From positions 26,598,001 through 26,662,000 of the forward strand of contig OZ365114.1 in NCBI GenBank assembly GCA_977030845.1: a DNA stretch of 64,000 bases. Reading direction: 5' to 3'. A model generated the notes under the pieces. The model was not told where the DNA came from. It did no database searches and saw only the letters and a list, made by a program, of their open reading frames with translations. Positions 49,061-62,260 of this stretch are shown here, one piece after another; within the stretch, counting starts at the first letter, position 1; the number at the start of each line of letters is the position of its first letter. Source of the DNA: Fimbriosthenelais zetlandica. Lineage: Eukaryota. Position numbers and translations under genes: made by a program.

Positions 49061-50404
49061 TGCTCTGTATAAATTCTGCTGATATTTGAAGAGGTCCGGG
49101 AAAGAATATTGTTGAGTTTCAACATGAGCAGTGAAATATTTGAATGATCAAAATATATTTCAATCTGTGTGAGATCCATTGCCATGGAGGCTCACAATGA
49201 GGAAAGACAGATTTCTATTTGTAAAATAAAAATCCTTAACCATCCAGCTTTAACCGAGTTTCACAAACACGCAACGGAATTCCAAGGAATACTTTGAGAA
49301 ACGAGGAAAATGAAGAAGACTGATGAAAGACAGATTGCAGGAATTTGAATGATGACCAACGAACGCCGCCCAAAACGTGAATTGTCAACTAATCTTCATT
49401 TCTCTGACAGACTCCCTCAAACCTCCAGAGGCACAATATGCGTCTCTTCTCTTCTTCAAACAAAGTCTGAAATACTCAAGACTCGGATGCAACTTCAATG
49501 TTTAATGAAAGGAAGTTAAGCGCAGCCATATTCAAATCTTGACTCGATGCACGAACAGCAAAATGTGTTGATTGTAAATATGTAAATGGGCTATGGCTGT
49601 GAGAGTTTGGGTGGTGATGAATGAATTCCCAATGGTAGTGTGGGAGAGATTGAGTTGGAAGTGGTTGATGAGGCAGTGTCAGTCGGCTGGCAGGGGATGG
49701 GAGGCAAGCACAGCTCCACTGATGGCAGCTTAAGGGAACACCGAGGAATATCACTCCCAATGATTCCACACACAAAATCTCAACTCACACCATGAATAAT
49801 TCAATTCATCAATTCATCAAAAGTTGCGGCAATCAATAGTGTTAAAATAGTAATATATTTAAAAGGAGTTAGCTGAGAATGGATCTAGATGATTTTAACT
49901 CAATGATGGCATCATTTTGAGTTGATTTGATGGGGAATTCTTGTACCGAGCTTTTGCTGTGAGTTTGGACGTTAACAAATTTATATTTACCTCATAGTAA
50001 AATAGTAACTAGTTAATTACTATGTTTAAATGAGTATGTCCTGACAGTTTAATCCAAAATAGTTGAGTAAATAATGTATATACACACAAGAGATGGCGGC
50101 AATGTGCAGGTGTTTAAAGTGTTATACCCAGGGGCAAGAACAACCATCTCAGTGGCATTAATGGGACTCTGACCTCATAAAAAATGTGTCACAGGAGGAA
50201 TGAAACCAAGGGACAGATGCAGCGAGTGTAACAAGGAGACAGTCGGGAGACTTTTATATCACTTCAGGGACGCGGGAGGACAAAACCAGTCAGCGATGCT
50301 GAGCAAAAAATGACAGTCAATTTACAATCCAACCACCAGTCTTATCTTACCAGCTTATATGCTTTAGGCAATGTATGTTGATAATAAGTAGTATGTGCTG
50401 AATT

Positions 50405-50827
50405 TTAAGATGTCAACTGACTTTGACATAAATCATTGAAGGCTGTCACTTGCAGGAAAGCCAGCCATCTGAAGTCTAGACTCTGGTAAATGTAAATCAG
50501 ACCAGGATATATGTCACAAGCCGAGTGAGGTTTGCATGTGAAACCTTTGGACTTAAAGAGCAGAACTACTTCTCTGAAAGCTACTTTCCTATGCAAATAT
50601 AAGAGTATTTTCCGAATGGAGCTACGATTCTGTCTCACTGGGAAACAATATGGATAGAACTTATATAGATTAAAATTTAAAAAAAAATGTAATTGTATCA
50701 GGGCAGTGAAAGAGATGTCATGACTATTCTGTTGAAGCGTATTATACCATATCATGTCAATTTTGAAATTTGGAGACCAATAGGCATAGGCCAGCAATCG
50801 TAGGTGCTGCCCGCGACGTACTGACAA
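50405..50827 (-). mobile_element. Decayed CR1-like LINE 3' region
   Basis: VRRGQHLRLLAYAYWSPNFKIDMIWYNTLQQ resembles VRPHLEY....WSP..K.DI..LE.VQ. FNLYKF...RSSIRKIL resembles LNL.SL..RR.RGDLI..+KIL. Confidence 0.5.
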
Positions 50828-51214
50828 ATCCTTGTGGCATCTTAGAGATTTGGTTAAAGATTTTGACTATTCCTTATGCAGATCTATGCAGAACTTATGG
50901 GTGAAATCATGGCAGAGTTAGGCAGCCAGTTAGTCATTAGCTGGGACTGACAGGAAGTGACTCCAACTGTCAGTTGTAATTGATTTTATGATGGATTATC
51001 ATAGATCTGAGGTCATTAGACCAAGACCTCATCCTGAGGCTTTATTAAAACTGGAGAAGATGTTAGAATCCTCACGGGAACTATTGTTCATAAAGCTCCC
51101 AGATACCACTTAAACTTAGGTTAATCTGCTTAATTCAGCTTCAATACTTATGAACCTTTAATCTTTTGATGAAGGTACCAAGATTATTAATGCCTGGGAC
51201 AAATCATATATGAA

Positions 51215-51478
51215 TTATATATGACAGCTAGGTGGCTTCACAAAACATGGTCTTTGATTAGTGAGGTAATATGCATAATGTTTTAGTGTATTTGTGTTGT
51301 AGTAAAAACTGTCTCGTGTATTTAATACCAGGGCGTCTTTATCCTCTCTTCCACCTATTTGCATCATCTGTAATGAATTAATGAGCTTGTACACTGCACT
51401 GATAAGAACTCTGTATCGCTTATATCTGCTAGACCATGATGAATCCCCTGTCTTATCTAACGCTTGTATTTTCTCCAT
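51215..51478 (-). mobile_element. Decayed hAT transposase fragment
   Basis: GDSSWSSRYKRYRVLISAVYKLINSLQMM...DALVLNTRDSF resembles hAT TRWSSRY..+..L.....+...L......A..L..+.SF. Confidence 0.5.
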
Positions 51479-54400
51479 GTTAAAGTACAGAATGGTATGA
51501 TTTAAACACTGGGTGGATTAGATTAGGGATGTAATGTATGAGATATGGGTATGAGACCGTCTTATCTGTACCACGGATTAGACAAGCAGAGATTAGGAGC
51601 CGGTATGTCTGTGGGTAAAGGGAGCAATTAAAACATCATATATATGGTGAAGATAGGGCCAGGATTAGAAGCCATATGAATGATTTAATGAAGCCAATCA
51701 CATGTACATTCCCCTACCTCACTTGGTGGTTGACATTTTTTCAAACCTTGATATATTAAATATCTCGCATATCTGCCCGAAATATGAAACCCATTAAGTC
51801 AGATTTATATGCAATGTATGAAATTACAAGTAAAGGCCAAGGTTTGGAGGGTGCTCTCCTTTATTACTTTCCCACAAGTACGGACATTGAGCTCCTGCCT
51901 CTCATTTTAAGGCATCCTATGCCAGTTTCTCACTTTTGCCTGCCAGTTTAATATGGACATTGGTGAGTGACTATCAGCAGCATTGCTTTTCTTCTCAGTA
52001 CCTCAAAATACCAAGTTGGCTCCCTGCGTGGAAAAATGGCCAAAATGTGGTCCAATTTCCTGTCAATATTCTCCTTACTCAATCCCTGGCTCAAGTTCGC
52101 TTAACTTGCCTGCCATGAGGCTGGCATTTTATCACAGTGGCCTATAACGCTTCCTTGACGACAGGCAAACGGTGGGAGATGTAACAATGTAGCAGGGTAA
52201 GAAAAGGCTGGACGGGGAGAGGGTGGATGGGTGCATGGGAGGCAGACAAGTTTCAGTTCTCTCAGTGTAAGGAATCTGATAAAATGATAAGCTTTTCAGC
52301 TGTAATCAGCAGCAGGAATGTTGGTGAATGGTGCATGAGAACGGACCCGGCATTGGTTTGGATCTGGGATGAGATGAGGGAGGGGGTGCTGGAGAAGGGG
52401 GTGCATTTCCCTTGAGAGAATCCTGTCCTAAATGAAGACCTTCCCCTAGGAGGGACTACTTTCTCAGTGGGACTATATTTTCTATCAGATCTGTATTATC
52501 AATGAGTGTATCCGTCCCCTGCATGCTCCACCTCCCGCGCTGCTGGTTTTTTATCATAGAGGCCGCTGTAATCACGAATCAGTGCCCGATTTAACGCTTC
52601 TTGAAGCCAACATGGTGAGTGTCGTAAAAGTGGTCAACACTTGACACTGGCATGTCGTAAAAGAAGCCACCGTTTCTACAGCTGCTTGTCACTCGCCTGG
52701 CAATGCCAAACTGTTTCATTAACGGCGGCTTGTTTAATTGCCGGGGTCATAAGTTCCCTGGCTACTCCGGCTTCTGCTCATTTCACTAATCCAGTTTGTC
52801 TGTTAAAGTCAAACAAAAGTTCCTGACAAAATTCGTAAACGTAAACTGAGGCAATATCATGACAGCTGAATTTTTGGGGCACCATTTAATAGAAAACCAA
52901 AGTTATTGGGTTTGTCTTGACCCAGATAAGTCTTACATTATACAAGGTTATTACGATTCTTTACTAGGGTAAAAGACCGATTAAGTGGACAGTGGGAAGG
53001 CATATAGTGGCATTATGTGTCATCAAACACTTGTACTGGCATAGGGTTTGAGTCACACCATCAGAAGTGCTGAGTCCAGCTATCTCAAGCATCTACTCAA
53101 AAAGTCACATCCCTGCCTCCATTTCACACTCAGTGGATTCCTAGTGGTCCCCGGGGGGAAACCCCCAGGCCCAAATGATGGATTTCCCGCCCCTCGAATG
53201 AGGCCAATGATTATCGGTGTGTAAAGCGTTGGTGAAACTGTGAAGTTAGAGTTGGAGGGTTGGAGTAGCCTCTTCCCTCAACATAGCTTTAATCACCTCC
53301 CATTGAGGAGAGCTCACCGGAAGCAGCTGGTGAAAGCGAGGCTGGCCAGGCAGCGCTCGTGGAGCCACCCAGTGGCGACCTGAGGAGGTAATTTATTGGG
53401 ACGGTAGTCAGGTCATTGTCGACACTGTCCCACTCTCACTGAAAGTGAAAGTAAATAGGTTCCCAACTGTCAGCCTGTGAAGTCCAACCTCAAACAGGGA
53501 GTGGACGGACTAGAGAGGAAGGGGATGGTATAGGAAGAGGTATGGGTCTGCAGATAACTGCAACTAAACTCAACTAGTAGGACAGTATCCAAGCATGATT
53601 GAATAGTGGCCTAACTCCATGTCAGATGGTGTCCAAGAATGAACTATTTTCTAGATAATTTCGGCATTAATTTGACACACCAGTTACATAGTCAAATGGA
53701 GAGGAAGTGAGGGAGTAATTTCCAGATACCGAAGATTGCTTCAACTAGTAGCAGCCCCGGTAGTACGATAGTATCTACGAATCAACTATTTCATGGCAGT
53801 TTCCACATTAAAAGAATACGCCAGTTATATATATTCTAATGTATCTGCACTTATTTGCAACACACTTTGAAATTTTGGCAATTGCAATGTACTTTATATC
53901 ACGATTAAATCCGATTAAAATCAATCCTAAATGGAAGTAATTCAACATCAAATGATATGGAGCTTGGAATATTAGAAGAATATCAGAATAATATGCACAA
54001 TAACCAAGCCAACGACCTTGACACAACAATGTGACAGGACTCAATGACGTCAGTTAAATTCGGTCAATAGCGTCACTCAGGTTCAGAGAGTGGTGTCACA
54101 TCCGACATCTCAATTTACTAACATTATGACGAGAGTTTTGGGGGTTGGGTTCAGTCATTCAACCCTAGAAATGAAGACCGCGGGTTCAATCTTACTGTGT
54201 AGTGATATTGTATTACGGAGATAAGCGTATTTGTGGCAGGTGTCTTATAGAGTAAGACGAGGATAGATCCTCTTTGTATGAGCTAAAGTCCAGGATTTAT
54301 CCTGCGGCAAATTGTGGATGTAAAGCCTTACAAATGGATGTCCTTAACACAAAGGCCTATCATGATGTATTTTTCATAATTTTGCTGGAAAAGTTTTAAG

Positions 54401-54969
54401 ATCGGAATCACGGCATCAATATAACATTATGTTGTCCTGGATCATAATTATTTAATGGGCTCGTTAAGGATGAAATCCGGATAAAATGATGAGAAATGGA
54501 TGTTGATTAAATGGGCAAAAGTAACAGAGAAGTTCTCCGCTGAGTTATTATATATTGTCCGCAGCTGTCAGCACATGTCTCCGTGAAGCCATGCTGAGAT
54601 CAGGCTTACAATCCTTGTCAATGAGTACAATGTATGATCCGATTAGGAAAATGAAAACCTAGATTTTATCTCATTAATACAAACAAACTCAATCAGTATA
54701 CCTTTTGGTGACAGTAGGATTTAGAGCAGTCATGCATTTAGTTCAATGTTTTTCAACGAACAATGTACATATTATAGTTCGTAGAGCATTAATTTTCTGA
54801 TCTATGGTTTGTAATAAATTTTAATTCTAATATTTTGAAATAAATTTTAGATATGTTTGCATACAAATCCCTCCATAACGAATGGCTATATGAATGAATG
54901 TACGATACCTCTCATACATAAAAAATGAGTTTCTGCTTCAGGGTTAAAATATTGAAGCTGGTATGAGTC

Positions 54970-55042
54970 TATAAAAGATGGTAGAAAGCTTAGAATTTAG
55001 CCGTTAAATGGCGGCACCAGATTCACCCTGGGAAAGGTGAGG
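54970..55042 (+). promoter_or_regulatory. TATA box, YY1-like ATG context and splice donor (candidate first exon)
   Basis: TATAAAAG at 54970-54977, AAATGGCGG with ATG at 55008, frame MAAPDSPWE, then AG|GTGAGG at 55037. Confidence 0.3.
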
Positions 55043-56540
55043 ATCAAGGCGATAATCGCAAGTGTCAACGCGGTAAGCTGCTCTACCCGAGGCAGTGTAG
55101 CTGAAGCATTAATCCCAATAATCCTTCATCCAAAGAATTAAGGCATTAAGTATTCATTGGTGAACGCTATGGCTATCTGGGGAGTAATCTAGAAGATTAA
55201 AGAGTGTGCCTAAATTAGGCCTCAACTCCCACCTAATGGCTGTTATGTACAATGAATATTTTTGTCTTTCGGGAGTAGTCATGTGGGGTTTACCTTAAAA
55301 CAGACGTTAAACCTCATACGGATCTAAGCCTAGCCCTACCACTCCCCCTAACTGTTCTAATACTCCTGAGTGTTAAGCATCAATGTTACTTTCATCTTTT
55401 GCTTGGATTTCCATATTTAAACCGTTGATATAGTCAGGGATGTCATCCGAAAGATGCTCACATTTTCATTGGGTTATATATGGGAATAACTCCTAAAAGT
55501 GCATGGGTATATTTAGCGCCCAATCTCTTTCTGGTTCCAATACTTGCCATTCCATGCATGCCCGACCCATTCCACTCAACTTTTCTCAATTTCATCCAGG
55601 TTCCTATACCCCATCTTGTCCCCGTCCCCGTTCCCTCCCTTTCCAAACCCGTCCCCTTCTCATTTCCTCCCATTTTCTGCCCACTCTGCCATGATGGATT
55701 CTCGGTAGGGGAGTAGGTATGCCTCTAATGCCCCTTAAAGCTATAAATCTAGCCTGTTTATGTCCGCCCAGAGAAGGTCTCCCTATCCCAACCAATACTG
55801 CTGCCACCCGCCCCACCATCACCCAAATAATGTACTCTAAACCAAGTAATGTACCCCCAGCAAAATACACAGGCTTAAAATTATTATTGCAGCTTCTTAG
55901 GCACATGACCGGAAGTCTTCCTAAGTCAGAATGACTAAATTAAGTCCCACATACTCAATAGTTCCAGGCACAAGAGAAAACTTAGGATCTTTGAAAAGTT
56001 TAATTTCAATATGGAAAATGAAGCAATAACTCATTTCATGTATTAAAAGTACAAGCTTAGAAGGAAGTTGTTGGGTTGTACATATATTGGAGGCAAGCCT
56101 TTACAAAGGAAGCACTTTGAACATTAATAACCTGGCACATAATGCAGAAGAATGCTTTGGAGCCCAAGTAATGAACAACAACGCCAGAAGCATGTCCCAG
56201 AACATGCAGCGAAGCCTAAGCAATTAACGTCACAAGGTTCCATACATAGTATGGGCGTGGATGTATGGAACTAGAGGTCAATGAGGTCACAGACCAAGTG
56301 ACAAGTGTTAAACCGCCAAGCTTAAACCGAAATCCTCCACTCACAAAAATGAAAAGATTGACTTTATTCATAGTTTGTGTGTCAATGGTCAATGACTTTT
56401 TATTATAGGTGCCTGAAGTATAAAGATGCCTGACAAAATGTCGCCAAGGATGCGTCAGGTTTAGATATTGCCTGTTGAGTGTTATTGTCATGAAATACTT
56501 GCCTCAATTAATGGTCCCTCGCCTACGATCCAAGCATATT

Positions 56541-56600
56541 CATTGGTCAGGGAAGGTCATGTGACATGGCTATCTGCATTTCTATTGGATATAAGGCCGG
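56541..56600. promoter_or_regulatory. LTR/promoter-like cassette
   Basis: ATTGG at 56542 and 56584, E-box-like GTCATGTGAC at 56557 and GATATAAG at 56588. Confidence 0.3.
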
Positions 56601-58919
56601 AGTCAGGGAGTGCAGTATCATTAGCACACGACATGCAGGTATCTTGGGTACAACTTGCATGGAGGGAGAAGCCATTGTGTAGGGACATAAAATGAATTAA
56701 ATCTGTCATCGTCAGAGCAAGAAATAAATGAGACAGCTTCCGGTGACATGGCAGAAATTCATGGAGGTTAGGGTCAGAGACTCATTCATTTTTATTATTT
56801 ATTTCCCTTCTCTTTGTTCTGATCTACCGCTAAGTCTATGTTGTCCTAACGGTCTCAGTGTCCATGTACATATTTTGTCCCCAGTGACATCAGTCAGAGG
56901 AGCAAATCATAAAGTATAGTCATTATTTGGTCTCTTTGGCTTCTACCAAAGGATCTTTATTACAGGCGAAGAGCGGCCGCTGTTTGCCGTCTTATTTTTT
57001 TAGAGTAGATGCAAGAATATTTCCAGAGAGTTCCAGAAAATATTCTGCTGTCATCAACTGCCATAAAAACTGTCATAATATTCAGGGATTTTTGTTCATA
57101 AATTTCTTAATTTTCATCAACATATTGGAGATGGTATCAAGTAAATTGAACACAGACACATTTGGGAATCGCACAAGGTGGGATGTTATTTATTTGGTCC
57201 AATAAACTGGACCAAGTAAGTATAATATGGAGCAATAGTTTTGTTGGCTTTTGGGAGAACAAATCTGCTTTATCCAGACACGGGCGGTGATTATTCCAGT
57301 CAGTACGTGTGCGTGTAATCACGGTTTACAGGCTTTTAGAGCTGATACATTGTTCATATTTAACCCGGGAAGCTGCCTTTTATGGTTCAGTGTGTAACAT
57401 CCATGGTTGGTTGGGCAGAGAAATGACAGATATTGATTGTGAGTTTACTGATGAACCCCTAGGGTCAAAGCCATGCATAAACTGCTGGCTTCACTTTGTC
57501 ATTGTAACTGACGTTTTTACCACCAGGGGACGGATGTTGCTTCACATCACGTCATCACGTGGCCCACAAAAACTGTTCACAGCATTCCCGGATAAGTCAG
57601 GATCCGGGCGTCCCGCTGCGATAGATCACTCCTGACAATCTTATTGTATTTATGTTTTCATTATAAATCTTCCCCTTGATACACTTTCCTCCATAAAAAT
57701 AATCATTATTGTCACTTTAATATCACTCTAAACCATCTTAAATGATTCAGTTAAAGAGTTTAGTTAGGAAGTTTTGCTAGTGTCCAAAATAATTGAAATC
57801 CATGATGAGTCAGAATGTCAAGGGGAATGTACATGTACACAACTGATGGAGGCATGTTCCAATATACAAAACACAGAGACTAAAGAGGCATATTCTTCAT
57901 CGAAGACAGATCAAACAAATGGTATACATTAAAGAAGGTGCAGTCATCATGACTAAGATATGCATGCTTTGATCCGCTTATTCATGGCAATCTTGCTGGA
58001 TTTCCCAGGAGAGAGCTCAGCATTGAGGAAATAATTGGTTTCCTCCATCACTCACTCAATATACCAGTCACTCAATGTCAAGCTTGCAAATCCCATTAAA
58101 TGGCTTACAAAAAACAGCAAATATGCCCAATAACTATTTATATTCAACAGCCAATTGAAGACATATCAGTTCCCCCCTGAAGGATTGAATGTTTTAATAG
58201 AGGCAGTCATGACCAAGGTAAAAATTTCAGGATCAATCCAACAATTGCCTGGGTAAAAATTCACTTGCAGAACTGGAAGCATTTAAATTATATGATGCAG
58301 ACTTCATTAAGTGTTTCTTTGAAAAGAAACCACAAGGGAATAAATGGAAATATTACTGCAGTTGTTTTATACAAAAATGAAATTGATGCCTATCTATCAC
58401 GAATATTGTTTGGGATTTCTGATGATTATCAGAAAAGGTTGAATAGGTTGAGCCAAGTTATAAAGAATGGAAAAACCTTTGATAGAATTCTTTATTAGCT
58501 CTTGTTGATAAATATGCATTGAAAGTGTTATCAATTCCCTGACAAGAAATCTCTGATTCAGATAAAGGATGGAATGAGTTCCCTGAGCTGTTATTGTTTT
58601 ATATGGGGAGCAGCCAGGAGGGAGGACGGGTCAGGGGATGCGTGGACTTTACAAGTTACCAATTCTCCACCATTTGCTGGTATCTGGCCGGGCGGTGGCC
58701 TTGTGTAGACCTCAGAAGGCATTAAGACAGACAGAGTAATGTGAATGGAGCAGATTGAGACATTACCATCGGCAGCTGCAATGTTTGTGGTCTTGCTTAC
58801 AATTTGTCGTTTGCTGGGGGAAAGATAGGAGTGAGTTGGATGAGGATCGAGAGGAGAGAGGGTGGAGAGTGGCCGCAAATGGGTGAAGATAAGAATGGGG
58901 TTAAGTTAAATAAGAATAG

Positions 58920-59100
58920 GTCCGGAAGTAGAGGAATAAGGAGAAAAAGAAGAAAAAAAATTAAATAGAAAGGAAGAAGAAAAAGATGATAGAGAAGAAG
59001 CCGACGACAAAGAAGACGACGACTACAAAGGGTACAACGACAAAGTCTTCAAGATGACAATGATGTAAAAAAAAACGAGCAGACGAAGAAGATATTAGAT
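58920..59100. repeat. Purine-rich low-complexity tract
   Basis: GAA/GAC/CAA-type trinucleotide-like runs, e.g. GAAGAAGCCGACGACAAAGAAGACGACGAC. Confidence 0.8.
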
Positions 59101-60734
59101 TGAGAATAGCAATAAATGGATACATACATGAGAGGGGAGACTGTTAAAGAAGTAATAGTAAGCTGGTCATTTATTTCTTAATGTAAGCTGATCTGGGAGC
59201 AGTTACTCGGTCACTTCCTCCTGACCTGTCTCCTAGCTGCCCCTCCCTGACTACCCACCATTAAAACAACTCACTACACTGACCTCCATTGCAATTCAAT
59301 AACATGGTCTTCTTCCTCAGCCATCCCTTTGATAGTCAAGTGAAAAAGTGAGTAAGGGTAGTAAAGCTAGAAGATATCAAATTATCTGAGTGAGAATGGT
59401 CGTCCAGATGAAACCTATAGCTACTCTATATTGCCTCCCCGCACGCCAATTGCAGCTTTCCTTTAACTTTCAAACTACAGGATGGGATGATTCCAGAGAT
59501 TTCTTATTCATGAAAGGGCAATGACCATTTGACGACATATACCTAGTTAAAACTCTTCTAATTTAAATATAAAACTACAGGTCTATCCCTGAAACATTTC
59601 TACTGTAAAGACAGTTTGTGAATCGGTTGTCATGGACTAAAAACCGTTGTTGATACGTTTATCCAAATATTTGGTCCAAAATAATTCGATAAAGATACGA
59701 ACACATTTTTCACAAGGGGGAAAGGTTTGCCTGACAACCTGCATAAAAGCATGTACATGCAGTAACTGGCAGCTTAAATATGATCAAAATAATTGGCACA
59801 CTCATAATTAACAGTATTTAGTTGCTGAACGTGATATGCCATGTCCAGGATGTTAGGACGATCCAGTACACAGATTGGAAGCCATTTCATGCATGTCTTT
59901 AACCTGCAGATGTAGGCAGAGGTATAATTAAACAAACAAACTCATGTTGGACTAAAATGATTATGTTTGAGGAAGAGATAACATATTATCTCTAAAGCAA
60001 GCATCCATCCATCATGCAAGGAGAACAAACATGAAGCAAGGGAGAATTAATGCCAAGAATATCTCCACGAACTGCTAATAAACTGTACAACTGCATGTGT
60101 AACTCGACCCTAAAAGTGGTAACCTTTATGCAAGCATTCTCAGACTGCTTGATAGTAAGTTTACATCCTTCGCAATTTATTCATCTAAACAGATCTATCT
60201 CTTTAACCAACCCTTCATGTTTTGAGAGGCATCTTCGTATAATATGTTAACATAAATCAGTTCAATCTCTAGTAAATTTATATGTACATGTAACCAGGAG
60301 GTGAACATCTTTCCAAAAGTTGCCGACTGCTCTGACTTGCCAGATGAGAGAGCAGTAGTCGAGGATAGCCGGGCGAGGATTGAGAAACCTCCCTTGTTGC
60401 TCACACCAGAGTAAATAGGTTAGTGGAAGGGGACCTCTGCTTCAGTGTTTGCTTTACTACTCCACCAATGGCCCTTCCAACCTTAACAACCTTGACTTTG
60501 AAGGCAACAGGAGGCCCTTAGAGCAGTAGGTCGACCGAGGCTACCATAGTAAAACTAGTAAAACCTTGGTAACTTCTCTACTGGTATGACCATTGTATTC
60601 CTTCTGTGTGGGTTTATTGAGGTATTTAAGGTTGATCACCCATTTCAATCCCTTCACTAATTTCTGTTTCGTAACCCTAAAGGCATCAAAAGCTTTTGGC
60701 GGCTGAATTGCAGCCAACACCGGGAAAGTTGTAC

Positions 60735-60905
60735 TGATTTTTGAACCAATGTTTATGAGCGGAAATTCTACTCACAAACTTATACTTTGGTTCTGTAATA
60801 AAATGGGATTCTTGAGCTATGGAACAATAGGTAATTTGGAATGATTTTCGAACCAATGTCAAATTTTTGCTCACAAAATTCTTGAGCTATAGAAAATAGG
60901 TAATT
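60735..60905. repeat. Interleaved short direct repeats
   Basis: ATTCTTGAGCTAT(G/A)GAA-AATAGGTAATTT occurs twice about 69 bp apart. GATTTT(T/C)GAACCAATGT...CTCACAAA also occurs twice. Confidence 0.75.
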
Positions 60906-62039
60906 TATCTCTGAAGCACATAGAACATGGCGGGTTTAAGGATATGGGGCGGTTATTAGAAGACATAATATATGGGGACAGGGTACATGGGTTGAGGTGA
61001 AGGTGATGTGGGAAGATACGCTGTTGAAGGCAGGGTGGGGAGAAATTGGGCTCGTTAGTCAAGCCGTGGCTCTGTTCTAGGGAGATGTTAGACAGAGATG
61101 GATTGTGGACATCTGTAATCACCTTGTAAAAGCCTGCTGCACATGACAGCATGATTTGGGCAGCGCCCGGGGGCATCTTATTCCATCTACACTCAGCATG
61201 AACGCGTGCGGATAAATTGGTAAGTATATGGACTGAGAGATGGACAGAGAAGTTGACAGGTTGGGTGGTGTGTGACAGGCTAACAGAGACAGACAGCTGA
61301 GGTAGGTGACAGTGTGCAATGATGGACAGGAAGTTTGTGGCAATGACGGGAATGTATTGCGGGGAAAAAATGTAACATTTGTAATTTATCAACAGAAATT
61401 CTAACAGATGTACTGATGAACATAAAGGGAAGCGATCATGCTTCATTTGAGGCATTGACAAATGGTACCTTTAATGTAAACTGCTTAAGTATACACTGCC
61501 ACATAGACCTAATCCACAAATATATTCATTGCCTCAGACTCCTAAGCCAACTTGTGAATGTATTCCTATGGGCATCAAGCAAAAACCACCATTTCCTCCC
61601 CACCAATTCCATTCCTTCAATGACACAAACAAAAAATTACTTCTCGGAATAAGAGCATTCATCCAGGCGATTACTTATTATGGCCGCGCCGTGCTATGAG
61701 GAAATGGAAAGTTCAAACTGACGCTGGGTTTTCATCTGAGGAACAAGTATTAATGGTGGGAGAGAGTCTACTGGGAATTATATTCAGCCTCCAAAAGGCT
61801 TGGGTGAACTGTTGAGGACAAGTTTAGTGGTCGGCTTGACATTTGGATAGCCACTTGATTTAGCTTGAATGACAGGACGGCCGACCTGAGAGCACAGTGG
61901 CATGGCGAAATTCAATATTGGTATTCACTGGAATAGGTTCTTTGTCAGTGGACTGAGATGGGAGGTGGTAAAGGGTGGGGAAATGGGGTGAGGTTGACAA
62001 GGAGGGTGGGAGAGGGTAGAGAAGTGGAGTAGTGCTAAA

Positions 62040-62260
62040 GGTGGAGAGATGACAAGGGTAGGAATTAAGCGGGGAATATGAAAGATCTGTAGGTTTTGGT
62101 ATTCAGTGGAATAGAAGTGAAATGGTGGATTTGGGTGGGGTGAGTGGAGGCGGTGCAATGAGTGGCATGATGGGTTGGTATAGAGTAGGGTTGAGAGATG
62201 GGTTGGACAGTGGATGAATCCAAAATGGAGGGACGGACAAGGGATGAGAAGGCTAGGAAT
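62040..62260 (-). mobile_element. Decayed CR1/L2-like LINE 3' region
   Basis: LAFSSLVRPSILDSSTV resembles LAY.SLVRP.LEYAS.V. NTKTYRSFIFP resembles RT..YK.SFFP. Confidence 0.45.

Noticed and set aside
58422-58445. CTGATGA-TTATCA-GAAA as a minimal hammerhead
   Set aside because: No stem I or III pairing found. A small palindrome (TTCTGAT/ATCAGAA) explains it.
58265-58498. hAT-like LYKNEIDAYL fragment
   Set aside because: The RW motif expected upstream is missing, so it is not distinguishable from chance.
60871-61461. Longest ORF (196 aa, minus strand)
   Set aside because: No recognisable domain. The S/P/L/H-rich composition is what the antisense of a purine-rich tract gives, so it is probably a shadow ORF.
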